Notes: a model not told the origin generated them from the sequence alone. A stretch of DNA of 32,000 nt from Cupriavidus necator (GCF_016127575.1 NZ_CP066018.1:2610001-2642000), one strand, 5' to 3'. Counted from the first letter of the stretch, positions 1 to 11,154 are shown. Numbers and translations: made by a program.

Positions 1-1026
1 CCGACTTCGCTGGTGCCGCGCTTGAGCAGCGCCAGCCGGCCGGCATCCATGCGTTCGGCGATCTCGTCGTCCTCGATGCAGGTTTCCATGTAGGCGGCGC
101 GCTCGGCCTCGACGAACTCGCGCTCGAACAGCGCGATTTCCTCGGGGTAGTAGAACTCCACCACATTGCGCGTCTTGCGCGGGCCGACCGGGTGCAGCGT
201 CGAGATCACCAGCACGTTGGGGTACCACTCCACCATGATGTTGGGGTAGTAGGTCAGCCAGATCGCGCCGTGCTTGGGCAGCACGCCGTCGTTGAAGCGC
301 AGCACCGCGTCGTGCCATTTCTGGTAGGTCGGGCTGCCGGGGCGCTTCAGGCCGGCATGCAGGCCCACGGTCTGCACGCTGTGCCACTCGCCGAACTCCC
401 ACTTGAGGTCGTCGCACGAGACGAAGCTGCCCAGCCCCGGGTGGAACGGCACCACGTGGTAGTCCTCCAGGTAGACCTCGATAAAGGTCTTCCAGTTGTA
501 GTCGCACTCGTGCACCTCGACGTGGTCCAGCATGTAGCCGTCGAAGTTCAGGTCCTGGGCCACGCCCAGCCTGGCCAGGTCGGCGCGCACGTCGCGCTTG
601 CCGTCGAACAGCAGCCCGTTCCAGTTCTGCAGCGGCGAGCGCTTCAGGTGCAGGCAGGGTTGCTTGTCGAAATGCGGCGCGCCGAGCAGCTCGCCCTTCA
701 GGTCGTAGGTCCAGCGGTGCAGGGGGCAGACGATGTTCTGCGCATTGCCGCGGCCGTTGAGCATGATGGCCTGGCGGTGGCGGCAGACGTTGGACATCAG
801 TTCGATGCCGGCGGCGTTGCGTACCAGCATGCGGCCTTCGTCCTCTGCCCTGAGCGTGTGGTAGTCGCCGACTTCCGGAACCATCAGCTCGTGGCCGATA
901 TAGCCCGGGCCATTCCTGAACAGCAGTTCGAGTTCTTGTTGATGCAGCGCTTCGTCGAAATAGACGCCGACGGGCAGTTGCGAATCAGCCGGCGCCAGGT
1001 TGAGCGCGGTGCTGAGATTGGACATT
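1..1026 (-). CDS. Rieske [2Fe-2S] aromatic-ring-hydroxylating oxygenase alpha subunit (3'-partial; the C-terminus lies beyond the left edge)
   Basis: My reverse-strand translation from the ATG at 1026-1024, which has a GGGAG/GGGGA Shine-Dalgarno (SD) just upstream, reads MSNLSTALNLAPADSQLPVGVYFDEALHQQELELLF... It contains the Rieske cluster motif CRH-x16-CPLH (CRHRQAIMLNGRGNAQNIVCPLHRW) and stays open to position 1. It is absent from the ORF track because there is no in-window stop; the + ORF 192..1052 is its antisense shadow. Confidence 0.8.
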
Positions 1027-1405
1027 ATCCCCACTCCCAGATGAACAGGTGAAAGCAGTGAACAACCCAACCATCGAAAATTGAATCGATTTGGGAAAGA
1101 CTTCCGCCAGGTCGGCAAGGTCCGGTAGCCCCCTGGCGGCGAGGGGGAGATTGTACCCGACCCAAAAAGTTAAGGGACTGATTTTTTTGCCTTTTTAGCG
1201 AAAAAGTCGACCCGGGTCGTCATCGGGGTGCCGTACCGGGCGCATTCGGAAAGACGACCCGAGCGCACAAGTCACTTCTGTGGTTTGTGCACCCCGATAG
1301 GTCCACGCCGACCGTGCGCAAGGATGGGGCAAGCTCCCGCTTTGGCGTAAAATCCGGGCTTCCCCATCCGGGTTTCCCCCGGGGTCCTTGATTCCAGGTC
1401 CTGAT

Positions 1406-1714
1406 ATGCCAAAAACGACGACCGCTCCGGTCCAGACCGACAACACCGCCGACACCAGCGCATCGGCGCCGCCCGCTTCCTACGAAGCGGCGATGGCCGA
1501 GCTGGAAACGCTGGTGGCCAGCATGGAAAGCGGCGAACTGCCGCTGGAGGCATCGCTGGCGGCCTACCGCCGCGGCGCCGAGCTGGTGCGCTACTGCCAG
1601 CAGAAGCTGGAGCGGGTCGAGCAGCAGGTCCGCGTGCTGGAAGGTGACGTGCTCAAGCCGCTGGCCGGCGAGGGCAATGGCGCCAACGGTGCACTGGGGG
1701 CGGACGAGGCATGA
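1406..1714 (+). CDS. xseB: Exodeoxyribonuclease VII small subunit
   Basis: The track ORF 1388..1714 contains [54 protein letters not shown], a typical XseB coiled-coil core. I prefer the ATG at 1406 over the TTG at 1388, but the start is uncertain. The stop overlaps the ispA ATG by 4 nt (ATGA at 1711-1714). Confidence 0.85.
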   Translation: MPKTTTAPVQTDNTADTSASAPPASYEAAMAELETLVASMESGELPLEASLAAYRRGAELVRYCQQKLERVEQQVRVLEGDVLKPLAGEGNGANGALGADEA

Positions 1715-2595
1715 GTGACTTTGCCCAATGGATGCAGGCCCAGGGCGCCCGTACCGAGGCCGCCCTGCAGGCGGCGCTGCCCGCTGCCGAGACCGTGCCG
1801 CATACGCTGCACGAAGCCATGCGCTATGCTGCACTGAGCGGCGGCAAGCGCGTGCGGCCGCTGCTGGTGCATGCCGCCGGCGAGGTCAGCGGGGCGGCTC
1901 CGGCCGCCTGCGACGCGGCGGCCTGTGCGGTGGAGATGATCCACGCCTATTCGCTGGTGCACGACGACATGCCCTGCATGGACGACGACGACCTGCGCCG
2001 CGGCCGGCCCACCGTGCACAAGGCCTATGACGAGGCCACCGCATTGCTGGTTGGCGACGCGCTGCAGACCCAGGCCTTTATCGTGCTGGCCGGTGCCGGG
2101 GCGATCGCGCCCGCGGCGCGGCTGCAGCTGGTGGCCGAGCTGGCGCTGGCGTCGGGCTCGACCGGAATGGCCGGCGGCCAGGCGATCGACCTGCAGAACG
2201 TGGGCCGCGCCATGACGCGCGAGGCGCTCGAGGCCATGCATCGCATGAAGACCGGCGCGCTGTTGCGCGCCAGTGTGCGCATGGGTGCGCTATGTGGTGA
2301 AATCGACGCCGAGGGCCTGGCCGCGCTGGATCGCTATGCGGCGGCAGTGGGATTGGCGTTCCAGGTGGTTGACGATATTCTGGACGTCACTGCCGATACC
2401 GCCACGCTGGGCAAGACCGCCGGCAAGGACGCCGCCCATGACAAGCCGACCTATGTGTCGCTGATGGGGCTTGACCCGGCACGCGCACTGGCCGGGACGC
2501 TGCGCGCCGACGCACACGAGGCGCTGGCCGGCTTTGGCGAGCGCGCGGACCGCCTGCGGGACCTGGCGGACCTGATCGTGCTGCGCACACACTAA
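1711..2595 (+). CDS. ispA: (2E,6E)-farnesyl diphosphate synthase
   Basis: 294 aa with both Asp-rich prenyltransferase motifs ([17 protein letters not shown] and FQVVDDILD). It sits in the conserved xseB-ispA-dxs arrangement. Confidence 0.92.
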   Translation: MSDFAQWMQAQGARTEAALQAALPAAETVPHTLHEAMRYAALSGGKRVRPLLVHAAGEVSGAAPAACDAAACAVEMIHAYSLVHDDMPCMDDDDLRRGRPTVHKAYDEATALLVGDALQTQAFIVLAGAGAIAPAARLQLVAELALASGSTGMAGGQAIDLQNVGRAMTREALEAMHRMKTGALLRASVRMGALCGEIDAEGLAALDRYAAAVGLAFQVVDDILDVTADTATLGKTAGKDAAHDKPTYVSLMGLDPARALAGTLRADAHEALAGFGERADRLRDLADLIVLRTH

Positions 2596-2620
2596 ACAGA
2601 GAGCCGGCCGAACGGACATC

Positions 2621-4537
2621 ATGACCTACGCACTCCTCAACAAGATTGACGCCCCCGCAGACCTGCGCAAGCTCGACCGGCGTGAGCTCCGGACCCTGGC
2701 GGACGAACTGCGCGCCTATGTGCTGGAGTCGGTCTCGCAGACCGGCGGCCACCTGTCGTCCAACTTGGGCACGGTCGAGCTGACCATCGCGCTGCACTAC
2801 GTCTTCAACACCCCGGACGACCGGCTGGTGTGGGACGTGGGCCACCAGAGCTACCCGCACAAGATCCTGACCGGACGCCGCGAGCGCATGGGCACGCTGC
2901 GCCAGTGGGGCGGCATCTCTGGCTTCCCGCGCCGCAGCGAGAGCGAATACGACACCTTCGGCACGGCGCATTCGTCGACCTCGATCTCGGCCGCGCTGGG
3001 CATGGCGCTCGGTGCGCGCACGCTGGGCGAGAAGCGCGTCTCGGTGGCGGTGATCGGCGACGGCGCCATGACCGCGGGCATGGCCTTCGAGGCCCTGAAC
3101 AACGCCGGCGTCTACAAGGACCTGCCGCTGGTGGTGGTGCTCAACGACAACGACATGTCGATCTCGCCGCCGGTGGGCGCGCTCAACCGCCACCTGGCGC
3201 GGCTCTTGAGCGGCCAGTTCTACGCGGCCACCAAGAAGGGCATCGAGAAGGTCCTGTCGGTGGCGCCGCCGGTGCTGGAGTTCGCCAAGCGCTTCGAGGA
3301 ACATGCCAAGGGCATGATGGTGCCGGCCACGCTGTTCGAGGAATTCGGCTTCAACTACATCGGCCCGATCGACGGCCACGACCTGAACTCGCTGGTGCCG
3401 ACGCTGCAGAATATCCGCGAGCGCGCGCTCGAGGGCGCCGGCCCGCAGTTCCTGCACGTGGTGACCAAGAAGGGCCAGGGCTACAAGCTGGCCGAGGCCG
3501 ACCCGATCCTCTACCACGGCCCGGGCAAATTCAACCCGGCCGAGGGCATCCGCCCGGCGGCCAAGCCAGCGCGCAAGACCTACACGCAGGTGTTCGGCGA
3601 CTGGCTGTGCGACATGGCCGCAGCCGACAAGCGCCTGGTCGGCATTACGCCGGCGATGCGCGAGGGCTCGGGCATGGTCGAGTTCGAGCGGCGCTTCCCG
3701 GACCGCTACTACGACGTGGGCATCGCCGAGCAGCACGCCGTGACCTTTGCCGGCGGCCTGGCCTGCGAGGGTCTCAAGCCGGTGGTGGCGATCTACTCGA
3801 CCTTCCTGCAGCGCGGCTACGACCAGCTGATCCACGACGTGGCGCTGCAGAACCTGCCGGTGGTGTTCGCGCTGGACCGTGCCGGCCTGGTCGGCGCCGA
3901 CGGCGCCACGCACGCGGGTGCCTACGATATCGCCTACCTGCGCTGCATCCCCAACATGATGGTGATGACGCCGTCCGACGAGAACGAGTGCCGTCAGCTG
4001 CTGACCACGGCGTTCCACCAGGCGTGCCCGAGCGCCGTGCGCTATCCGCGCGGCTCCGGCCCGGGCGCGGCCATTGCCGCCGAGCTCACCACTGTGCCGG
4101 TCGGCAAGGGCGTGATGCGCCGCGAGGGAGGTGCGCGCGCGGGGCATCGCGTGGGCTTCCTGGCGTTCGGCTCGATGGTGCACCCGGCCCTGGGTGCCGC
4201 CGAGGCGCTGGATGCCGCGGTCGCCGACATGCGTTTCGTCAAGCCGCTCGACGTGGAGCTGGTCAAGCGCCTGGCCGCGGAGAACGACTACCTGGTGACC
4301 GTGGAAGAGGGCAGCGTGATGGGCGGCGCCGGCAGCGCCGTGCTGGAGGCACTGGCCGAGGCCGGCATCGACAAGCCGGTGCTGACGCTGGGCCTGCCCG
4401 ACCGCTTCGTCGACCACGGCGACCCGGCCTATCTGCTGCAGCAATGCGGCCTGGATGCGGCCGGCATCGAGCGCTCGGTGCGCGAGCGCTTCGGGCTGGA
4501 CCAGCCCAAGGTCACGGTCGCCTCGCGCGTGGCCTGA
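2621..4537 (+). CDS. dxs: 1-deoxy-D-xylulose-5-phosphate synthase
   Basis: 638 aa. The N-terminus [56 protein letters not shown] and the ThDP motif [18 protein letters not shown] are canonical for Dxs. Confidence 0.97.
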   Translation: MTYALLNKIDAPADLRKLDRRELRTLADELRAYVLESVSQTGGHLSSNLGTVELTIALHYVFNTPDDRLVWDVGHQSYPHKILTGRRERMGTLRQWGGISGFPRRSESEYDTFGTAHSSTSISAALGMALGARTLGEKRVSVAVIGDGAMTAGMAFEALNNAGVYKDLPLVVVLNDNDMSISPPVGALNRHLARLLSGQFYAATKKGIEKVLSVAPPVLEFAKRFEEHAKGMMVPATLFEEFGFNYIGPIDGHDLNSLVPTLQNIRERALEGAGPQFLHVVTKKGQGYKLAEADPILYHGPGKFNPAEGIRPAAKPARKTYTQVFGDWLCDMAAADKRLVGITPAMREGSGMVEFERRFPDRYYDVGIAEQHAVTFAGGLACEGLKPVVAIYSTFLQRGYDQLIHDVALQNLPVVFALDRAGLVGADGATHAGAYDIAYLRCIPNMMVMTPSDENECRQLLTTAFHQACPSAVRYPRGSGPGAAIAAELTTVPVGKGVMRREGGARAGHRVGFLAFGSMVHPALGAAEALDAAVADMRFVKPLDVELVKRLAAENDYLVTVEEGSVMGGAGSAVLEALAEAGIDKPVLTLGLPDRFVDHGDPAYLLQQCGLDAAGIERSVRERFGLDQPKVTVASRVA

Positions 4538-4552
4538 TCACCTGCTGTCCCG

Positions 4553-4611
4553 AAGGGGATTCGGCCCTCGCACCACGAGTGCGTCCGAATTCCCTTAAAC
4601 TCCCCTTTTTT
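4553..4611 (+). terminator. Probable intrinsic terminator of the xseB-ispA-dxs operon
   Basis: There is extended GC-rich pairing 15 nt after the dxs stop. Either gggattcgg pairs with ccgaattccc around an inner cgcac/gtgcg stem, or aagggga (4553-4559) pairs with tcccctt (4601-4607). A T6 run follows at 4606-4611. The exact fold is ambiguous. Confidence 0.5.
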
Positions 4612-4754
4612 GTGTTCGCAGCTGCGGGCCGGCGTGCCACTTGCCGGATCCCGTGGTTTCACACTCGTTGCGCGGCATGGATGGACTGCGAAATTGCCGC
4701 GACCGTAAGGGCTCGTGCCGTCCCCCTTGGGCGCGACCCTGGAGGAAACCGTAG

Positions 4755-5558
4755 ATGAATGACATCAATCCCGCCTTCGTCATGCCCGACGTCCAGTCGA
4801 GCCCCGACACCCGCCAGATCCCCATCCAGCGTGTCGGTGTCAAAGGCGTGCGTTACCCCGTGACCCTGAAGACCCCGGCCGGCATCATGCCGAGCGTGGG
4901 CACCTTCAATCTCGACGTGCACCTGCCGGCGGACCAGAAGGGCACGCATATGTCGCGCTTCGTCGCGCTGCTGGAAGAAGAGCGCGCACCGCTGGAGCTG
5001 TCCAGCTTCCGGCTGATGCTGGACAAGATGCTGGAAAAGCTGGAAGCCGAGGCCGGCCGCATCGAGGTCACCTTCCCGTACTTCATCAGCAAGACCGCGC
5101 CTGTGTCGGGCGTGGAGTCGCTGCTGGACTACGAGGTCACGCTGACCGGCGAAGTGCGCGACGGCGCCGCGCGCGTGTTCCTGAAGGCGCTGGTGCCGGT
5201 GACCAGCCTGTGCCCGTGCTCGAAGAAGATCTCGCAGTACGGCGCGCACAACCAGCGTTCGCATATCACCATGAACGTGGAACTGGCCGGCGAGCTGCCG
5301 GTGGAAGCGCTGGTGCGCATGGCCGAGGAAGAGGCCTCGTGCGAGCTGTGGGGCCTGCTCAAGCGCCCCGACGAGAAGTTCGTCACCGAGCGCGCCTATG
5401 AGAACCCCAAGTTCGTCGAGGACCTGGTGCGCGATATCGCCATGCGCCTGAATGCGGATGATCGCATCGTGGCCTATGTGCTGGAGGCGGAGAACTTTGA
5501 GTCGATCCACAACCACAGCGCGTATGCGGTGATCGAGCGGGACAAGCGGGTCGACTGA
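4755..5558 (+). CDS. folE2: GTP cyclohydrolase I type 2 (FolE2/MptA family)
   Basis: 267 aa. [25 protein letters not shown]...GTHMSRF...[19 protein letters not shown] matches the FolE2 family as I remember it. A GGAGGA SD lies 8 nt upstream of the ATG. Confidence 0.9.
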   Translation: MNDINPAFVMPDVQSSPDTRQIPIQRVGVKGVRYPVTLKTPAGIMPSVGTFNLDVHLPADQKGTHMSRFVALLEEERAPLELSSFRLMLDKMLEKLEAEAGRIEVTFPYFISKTAPVSGVESLLDYEVTLTGEVRDGAARVFLKALVPVTSLCPCSKKISQYGAHNQRSHITMNVELAGELPVEALVRMAEEEASCELWGLLKRPDEKFVTERAYENPKFVEDLVRDIAMRLNADDRIVAYVLEAENFESIHNHSAYAVIERDKRVD

Positions 5559-5580
5559 CCGCGTTGTCGCTGCAATAGAA

Positions 5581-5609
5581 ATAGCCACCGCATGCGGTGG
5601 CTATTTTTT
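5581..5609. terminator. Bidirectional intrinsic terminator between convergent folE2 and tsaD
   Basis: Perfect 11-bp stem atagccaccgc (5581-5591) / gcggtggctat (5594-5604) with a 2-nt loop. A T-run follows at 5605-5609 and an A-rich stretch lies on the other side. Confidence 0.75.
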
Positions 5610-5617
5610 GGTCCGGT

Positions 5618-6652
5618 TCAGGCCGCCGAAGGCAGGCGGATATCCGCCAGGTCCCAGCGCGGCGTCACGCCGTAGCCATACTCGTGCCGCGCCAGTTCGG
5701 GCGCGGCCTGCAGGCGCATGGCGCCGGCAAACGCGATCATCGCGCCGTTGTCGGTGCAGAACGCCAAATCCGGGTAATACACGTCGATCTTGCGCTGCTT
5801 GCCCATCTGGTCCAGCCGCTCGCGCAACTGGCGGTTGGCACCCACGCCTCCCGCCACCACCAGCCGCTTGTGGCCGGTCTGCTTGAGCGCTGCCATCGAC
5901 TTGGCGGCCAGCACGTCGACAATGGCATCGACAAAGGCGCGCGCCAGGTTGGCGCGATCCTGCTCGCAGGTGTTGGCGAGCTTGCGTGTTTGCGTCAGTA
6001 CCGCGGTCTTCAGTCCGGCGAAGGAGAAATCCAGGTTGCCCGAATGCAGCATCGGCCGCGGCAGCGCAAAGGCGCCGGGGATACCGAATTCGGCCAGCCG
6101 CGACACTTCGGGGCCGCCCGGATAGCCCAGGCCCAGCAGCTTGGCGGTCTTGTCGAAGGCTTCGCCGGCGGCGTCGTCCAGGGTTTCGCCCAGCAGCGTG
6201 TAGTCGCCGATGCCGCGCACTTCCATCAACTGCGTATGCCCGCCCGACACCAGCAGCGCCACGAACGGGAAGGGCGGCGGCTCGCGCGTCAGCAGCGGCG
6301 ACAGCAGGTGGCCTTCCAGGTGGTGCACGCCCACCATCGGCACGTTCAGCGCAAAGCCCAGTGCATTGGCCACCGAGGCGCCCACCAGCAGTGCGCCGGC
6401 CAGCCCGGGGCCCTGGGTGAAGGCGATGGCGTCGATGTCCTGGCGGGTACGGCCGGCATCGGCCAGCACCTGCTCCAGCAGCGGCAGCACGCGGCGGATA
6501 TGGTCGCGCGACGCCAGTTCCGGCACCACGCCGCCGTAGTCGCGGTGCATGGCGATCTGCGAGTGCAGCGCGTGCGCGAGCAGGCCGGCGCCGGTGTCAT
6601 AGAGGGCGAGGCCGGTTTCGTCGCAGGAGGATTCGATGCCGAGGACAAGCAT
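5618..6652 (-). CDS. tsaD: tRNA N6-adenosine threonylcarbamoyltransferase
   Basis: Within the 465-aa track ORF, the conserved protein begins at [19 protein letters not shown] (ATG at 6652-6650). The motifs [14 protein letters not shown] and GGVGAN are present. The upstream 121 codons are an in-frame extension that does not look like protein. Confidence 0.95.
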   Translation of the reverse strand: MLVLGIESSCDETGLALYDTGAGLLAHALHSQIAMHRDYGGVVPELASRDHIRRVLPLLEQVLADAGRTRQDIDAIAFTQGPGLAGALLVGASVANALGFALNVPMVGVHHLEGHLLSPLLTREPPPFPFVALLVSGGHTQLMEVRGIGDYTLLGETLDDAAGEAFDKTAKLLGLGYPGGPEVSRLAEFGIPGAFALPRPMLHSGNLDFSFAGLKTAVLTQTRKLANTCEQDRANLARAFVDAIVDVLAAKSMAALKQTGHKRLVVAGGVGANRQLRERLDQMGKQRKIDVYYPDLAFCTDNGAMIAFAGAMRLQAAPELARHEYGYGVTPRWDLADIRLPSAA

Positions 6653-6753
6653 GGGGAGCGCATAGGGCCGCCTCCGGTCAGGGAAACGGCTGTCGAAACA
6701 ACAGGTTGCAGGAAGCGCGCAGGGTAGCACAGCAGCGCGCGGCGTGCTTTTCG

Positions 6754-6760
6754 CTACAAT
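6754..6760 (+). promoter_or_regulatory. Candidate -10 element (CTACAAT) for the flavoprotein gene
   Basis: cgCTACAATct lies 50 nt upstream of the ATG at 6810, and the same heptamer recurs before rpsU, dnaG and rpoD. I found no convincing -35. Confidence 0.3.
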
Positions 6761-6809
6761 CTGCCCTTTCTCTGGCGGTGGCAATACACATGGATGCGCG
6801 AGGCGTGCA

Positions 6810-8075
6810 ATGAGCGGGGCAACATCGGCCCGGACGGGCCGGTATGACGTGGCCGTGCTGGGTGCGGGCGCGGCCGGCATGATGTGTGCCGCCGTGGCCG
6901 GCCAGAACGGCGCGCGCGTGGTGCTGATCGACCATGCCACCAAGCTTGCCGAGAAGATCCGCATCTCGGGCGGCGGGCGCTGCAATTTCACCAACCTGCA
7001 GGCCGGGCCCTCCAACTACCTGTCGTCCAATCCGCACTTCTGCCGCTCGGCGCTGGCGCGCTACACGCCGCAGGATTTCCTTGGCCTGATGCGCCGCTAC
7101 GGCATCGACTGGCACGAGAAACATCGTGGCCAGCTGTTCTGCAACGACAGCGCCGAAGACGTGATCGCCATGCTGCGCGCCGAATGCGACACCGGCCATG
7201 TGCGCTGGCACACCGGCTGCAGCGTGGCCGAGGTCCGGCGCGAGGGCGACGACTTCCTGCTGCTCACCGCTACCGGCATGGTGCGGGCCGGGGCGCTGGT
7301 GGTGGCCACCGGCGGCCTGTCGATCCCCAAGATCGGTGCCACCGACTTTGGCTATCGCATCGCCCGGCAGTTCGGGCTGGGCATCGTCGAAACCCGGCCG
7401 GCGCTGGTGCCGCTGACCTTCGATGGCAAGGACTGGGTGCCGTTCGCGCCGCTGGCCGGCGTGTCGCTGGAAGTGGATATCGCCACCGGCAACGGCAAGG
7501 CGGCCGGAGCCTTCCGCGAAGACCTGCTGTGGACCCATCGCGGCCTGTCCGGACCCGCCGTGCTGCAGATTTCCAGCTACTGGCGTCCCGGCACACCGAT
7601 CGCCATCGACCTGTTTGATGGCGAGGATGCCGCCGCCTGGCTGCTCGAGCAGAAGACCGGCAGCCGCAAGCACCTGGGCAACCTGCTGGCGCAACGGTTG
7701 CCGGCGCGGCTGGCCGATGCCTGGTGCGCGGCCTCGGGCGTGGATGCCGCCATGCCGCTGCATGATGTGACCGACAAGGCCCTGCGCAAGCTTGGCGCCA
7801 CGCTCAACGGCTGGCGCATCGTGCCGTCGGGCACCGAGGGCTACCGCAAGGCCGAGGTCACGCTTGGCGGGGTCGACACGCGGGCGCTGTCGTCAACCAC
7901 CATGATGGCGCGCGAGGTGCCGGGCCTGTATTTCATCGGCGAGGTGGTGGACGTGACCGGCTGGCTGGGCGGCTACAACTTCCAGTGGGCGTGGGCGTCC
8001 GCGGTGGCGGCGGGGCAGGCCGCGGCTGAGGCATCGCGCACCGCTTCGGCAGGGCAATCGGTAGCCCAAGGGTAG
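6810..8075 (+). CDS. NAD(P)/FAD-dependent oxidoreductase, HI0933/YhiN (BaiN/RdsA) family
   Basis: [16 protein letters not shown] (dinucleotide-binding GxGxxG) is followed by [14 protein letters not shown] and a C-terminal [24 protein letters not shown], as in HI0933-like flavoproteins. I chose the ATG at 6810 rather than the track start 6744. Confidence 0.85.
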   Translation: MSGATSARTGRYDVAVLGAGAAGMMCAAVAGQNGARVVLIDHATKLAEKIRISGGGRCNFTNLQAGPSNYLSSNPHFCRSALARYTPQDFLGLMRRYGIDWHEKHRGQLFCNDSAEDVIAMLRAECDTGHVRWHTGCSVAEVRREGDDFLLLTATGMVRAGALVVATGGLSIPKIGATDFGYRIARQFGLGIVETRPALVPLTFDGKDWVPFAPLAGVSLEVDIATGNGKAAGAFREDLLWTHRGLSGPAVLQISSYWRPGTPIAIDLFDGEDAAAWLLEQKTGSRKHLGNLLAQRLPARLADAWCAASGVDAAMPLHDVTDKALRKLGATLNGWRIVPSGTEGYRKAEVTLGGVDTRALSSTTMMAREVPGLYFIGEVVDVTGWLGGYNFQWAWASAVAAGQAAAEASRTASAGQSVAQG

Positions 8076-8152
8076 ACTGGCGAGAGCTGGAAGGGCGGTG
8101 GGCGGCACTCGGCAAGTGTCCGTTGCACGCCACTTCCGCGCTCGATTGTTGG

Positions 8153-8161
8153 TGCTACAAT
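8153..8161 (+). promoter_or_regulatory. Candidate extended -10 promoter (TGcTACAAT) of rpsU
   Basis: ggTGCTACAATcc lies 51 nt upstream of the rpsU ATG. The TGn extension is present; the -35 is weak. Confidence 0.4.
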
Positions 8162-8211
8162 CCAGAACTTCGTAGAGCCGCTTATCCCGAAAATTCTCAT
8201 TTTCTGGCCAA

Positions 8212-8424
8212 ATGACCACGATCCGTCTCAAGGAAAACGAGCCTTTTGAAGTTGCCATGCGCCGTTTCAAGCGCACCATCGAGAAGAACGGGCTGCTCCC
8301 GGAATTGCGGGCACGCGAGTTTTACGAAAAGCCCACCGCCGCGCGCAAGCGCAGGAAGGCAGCCGCCGAAAAGCGCCATTACAAGCGCATCCGCAGCCAG
8401 ATGCTGCCGAAAAAACTGTACTGA
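8212..8424 (+). CDS. rpsU: 30S ribosomal protein S21
   Basis: 70 aa, [59 protein letters not shown], an unmistakable S21. Confidence 0.97.
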   Translation: MTTIRLKENEPFEVAMRRFKRTIEKNGLLPELRAREFYEKPTAARKRRKAAAEKRHYKRIRSQMLPKKLY

Positions 8425-8448
8425 CCCCGGCGCTCCCGCTTGTATCCG

Positions 8449-8480
8449 ACCCGCTGTGGCCTACGCTTCGGCGGGTTTTT
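8449..8480 (+). terminator. Possible attenuator/terminator hairpin after rpsU
   Basis: acccgc (8449-8454) pairs with gcgggt (8471-8476) and a T5 run follows at 8476-8480. The stem is short and the inner pairing imperfect. Its position recalls the E. coli T1 attenuator between rpsU and dnaG. Confidence 0.4.
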
Positions 8481-8552
8481 GCATTCTGGGCCTTGCAGCG
8501 GGCGGTCATCGCCGCCACCTGTGAGTGTCCACCCACTTTCTGGAAGATCACG

Positions 8553-9002
8553 ATGTCCCTCAAAGCCCGTATCAGCGAAGACATGAAGACCGCCATGCGC
8601 GCGCGCGAAACGGAGCGCCTCGGCACCATCCGCCTGCTGCTGGCCGCCATCAAGCAGCGCGAGGTCGATGAGCGCGTGGAACTGGACGATACCGCCGTGC
8701 TGGCCGTGGTCGAGAAGCTGATCAAGCAGCGCAAGGATTCGATCTCGCAGTTCCGGCAGGCGGGCCGCAATGACCTGGCAGACAAGGAGTCGGCGGAAGT
8801 CGAAGTGCTGCAGGCCTACATGCCCGCCGCGCTGTCGGACGAGGAAGTCGCCGCCGAGGTCCAGCAGGCCGTTGCCGCCACTGGTGCCGCCGGTCCGCAG
8901 GACATGGGCAAGGTCATGGGCGTGCTCAAGGGCAAGCTGGCCGGCCGTGCCGACATGACCGCCGTATCGGCCCTGGTCAAGGCGGCACTTGCAGCAAAGT
9001 AA
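8553..9002 (+). CDS. GatB/YqeY domain-containing protein
   Basis: MSLKARISEDMKTAMRARETERLGTIRLLLAAIKQREVDERVELDD...AYMPAALSDEEV...GPQDMGKVMGVLKGKLAGRADM is the classic YqeY pattern. The ATG at 8553 is preferred over the track start 8493. Confidence 0.9.
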   Translation: MSLKARISEDMKTAMRARETERLGTIRLLLAAIKQREVDERVELDDTAVLAVVEKLIKQRKDSISQFRQAGRNDLADKESAEVEVLQAYMPAALSDEEVAAEVQQAVAATGAAGPQDMGKVMGVLKGKLAGRADMTAVSALVKAALAAK

Positions 9003-9203
9003 ATACTGATTTAATCGGTTGCTGGCAAGATAAGCACCGGATCCGCGTGGTTCGGTGCAGTTGCACGGAGATGTCACGTAGTCCGGGCGGCCCTATCACG
9101 CTGCACTACAATATTCCGATAGCAGCCGGGCGCCGCACCGGTCACGCATTCCTAAAAGAAGCCGCCCGCCGCGGGACGGCCATGCCTCAGGACGGTCAGT
9201 CGG

Positions 9204-11015
9204 GTGATTCCGCAATCCTTTATTCAGGACCTGCTCAACCGTGTCGACATTGTCGATGTGGTGGGCAAGTATGTGCAGCTGAAGAAGGGCGGCGCCAATT
9301 TCATGGGGCTGTGCCCCTTCCATAACGAGAAATCGCCGTCATTCACGGTGTCGCCGACCAAGCAGTTCTACCACTGCTTCGGATGTGGCGCCCACGGCTC
9401 GGCCATCGGCTTCCTGATGGAGTTTTCCGGCCAGTCCTACCCGGAAGCGGTGCGCGAGCTGGCCCAGTCGGTCGGCATGAGCGTGCCGGAAGAGCGCGAC
9501 CGTCTGCCGCCCGGGCAGCGCGCGGAGCAGCAGGCCCGTTCGGTGGCGCTGTCCGACGCCATGACCCGCGCCACCGATTTCTACCGCCGCCAGCTGCGAA
9601 GCGCGCCGCAGGCGATCCAGTACCTGAAGGGCCGTGGCCTGACCGGCGAGATCGCCGCGAACTTTGGCCTGGGCTACGCGCCGGATGACTGGCAGGGCCT
9701 GGAGGCCGTATTCGGCAGCTATCGTGATGACAACGTGTCGGCGCCGCTGGTCGAGTGCGGCCTGCTGATCGAAAGCGACAAGCGCGATGCGGACGGCAAG
9801 CCGCGCCGCTACGACCGCTTCCGCGACCGCATCATGTTCCCTATCCGCAACACCAAGGGGGCCGTGATCGGCTTCGGCGGGCGCGTGATGGGGCAGGGCG
9901 AGCCCAAGTACCTGAACTCGCCCGAGACTCCGCTGTTCAGCAAGGGCACGGAGCTGTACGGGCTGTTCGAGGCCCGTCACGCAATCCGGGAAACCGGCTA
10001 CGTGCTGGTGGTCGAAGGGTATATGGACGTCGTGGCGCTGGCCCAGCTCGGTTTTGCCAATGCCGTTGCCACCCTGGGCACGGCGTGCACCCCTGTGCAC
10101 GTGCAGAAGCTGCTGCGCCAGACCGACGCCGTGGTGTTCTCGTTCGACGGCGACTCTGCCGGGCGCCGCGCGGCCCGGCGCGCGCTGGAAGCCTGCCTGC
10201 CGCATGTGGCGGACAACAAGACCATCCGCTTCCTGTTCCTGCCGGCCGAGCATGATCCGGACAGCTATGTGCGCGAAGAGGGCACCGAGGCCTTTGCCAC
10301 CCAGGTGCGCAACGCCATGCCGCTGTCGCGCTTCCTGCTGCAGTCGGTCACCGAAGACCTGGACCTGCGCCAGCCCGAGGGCCGCGCCCGGGCCCAGTAC
10401 GAGGCCAAGCCGCTGCTGCAGGCCATGCCCGCCGGCGGCCTGAGGCTACAGATTGTGCGCGAACTTGCCGATGCCACGGGAACGACACCCGCGGAGATCG
10501 AAGCCATCTGCGGCCTGCGCAGCGACCCGGCCCGCGTCGGCCGCTTCGCCCAGCCGCGCCCGCGCACGCGCCGCCAGGCCCCGACCGGGCTGGAGCAGCG
10601 GGTGATCCAGCTGCTGATGTGCTATCCGGCACTGTCGGCGAGGCTGGACGAGGATGCGCGCGCGCTGCTGCTGGGCGGCGAGAGCAGCGACAGTGAAGTG
10701 CTGGCGCACCTGGTGGAGGCGTGCGACAGCGTGCAGGGCGAGGTCAATTTTGCGGCCTTCAGCGAACACCTGGCCCAGTCGCCCTATGCCGAGGTGTATG
10801 CCGTGGCGCGTGCCGCGGTGCTGCGAGAAGAGATCGAAGAGGCACCCGCAATACAGGATTTCGATGCGGCCATTACCAAGCTGCTGGCCGAGCCGCTGCG
10901 GCGCGAGCTCGACGGCCTGCAGGCGGAGGTAGTGGCCGGCACGGCCGATGAAGCGGCCAAGCAGCGCATGCGCTGGCTGGTGGGCGAAATCCACCGGCGG
11001 CGCCAACTTGGCTGA
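9204..11015 (+). CDS. dnaG: DNA primase
   Basis: 603 aa from a GTG start. It has the zinc-ribbon CPFHNEKSPSFTVSPTKQFYHCFGCGAHG, the TOPRIM region VVEGYMDVVAL...FDGDSAGRRAA, and a C-terminal helicase-interaction domain. Confidence 0.95.
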   Translation: MIPQSFIQDLLNRVDIVDVVGKYVQLKKGGANFMGLCPFHNEKSPSFTVSPTKQFYHCFGCGAHGSAIGFLMEFSGQSYPEAVRELAQSVGMSVPEERDRLPPGQRAEQQARSVALSDAMTRATDFYRRQLRSAPQAIQYLKGRGLTGEIAANFGLGYAPDDWQGLEAVFGSYRDDNVSAPLVECGLLIESDKRDADGKPRRYDRFRDRIMFPIRNTKGAVIGFGGRVMGQGEPKYLNSPETPLFSKGTELYGLFEARHAIRETGYVLVVEGYMDVVALAQLGFANAVATLGTACTPVHVQKLLRQTDAVVFSFDGDSAGRRAARRALEACLPHVADNKTIRFLFLPAEHDPDSYVREEGTEAFATQVRNAMPLSRFLLQSVTEDLDLRQPEGRARAQYEAKPLLQAMPAGGLRLQIVRELADATGTTPAEIEAICGLRSDPARVGRFAQPRPRTRRQAPTGLEQRVIQLLMCYPALSARLDEDARALLLGGESSDSEVLAHLVEACDSVQGEVNFAAFSEHLAQSPYAEVYAVARAAVLREEIEEAPAIQDFDAAITKLLAEPLRRELDGLQAEVVAGTADEAAKQRMRWLVGEIHRRRQLG

Positions 11016-11154
11016 GGTGCCTGTGTGCGCCCTGGTCATCAACCAGGAGGTGGCAGTAAGCGTTGGATAAGGGACTGGGCCCGGCCCCGCCGAGCTTAAG
11101 CCTTGATTTTTCAGGTGAAAACCTCACCTGATAGGGAGCCGGCTATGCGTGGCG

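Noticed and set aside
192-1052. 286-aa + strand ORF at the left edge
   Set aside because: It is antisense to the Rieske oxygenase gene, which I translated by hand on the minus strand and which shows the CRH...CPLH cluster motif. The + frame has no recognisable features.
4612-4754. Zur box, or a THF or preQ1 riboswitch, upstream of folE2
   Set aside because: FolE2 paralogues are often Zur-regulated, so I looked for an AT-rich palindrome or known riboswitch cores. I saw only GC-rich sequence and a normal GGAGGA SD. Nothing supports such a call.
2387-4758. Very long ORFs overlapping dxs: 2387..4444 (-) 685 aa and 2830..4758 (+) 642 aa
   Set aside because: They are the antisense and alternate-frame readings of an unmistakable dxs gene. 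Their translations are Arg/Ala/Gly/His-rich low-complexity strings with no motifs. Stop-poor off-frames are expected at this GC content.
8076-8211. LexA (SOS) box upstream of rpsU, as in the E. coli macromolecular-synthesis operon
   Set aside because: No CTGT-N8-ACAG-type dyad is visible in this interval.
8205-8214. Identical 10-mer TGGCCAAATG upstream of or at the rpsU start and again in the rhlE leader (22288-22297), considered as a shared regulatory motif
   Set aside because: My back-of-envelope estimate is that many hundreds of exact 10-mer coincidences are expected in 32 kb at this composition. The flanks do not align, and in rpsU the ATG is the start codon while in the rhlE leader it is not.
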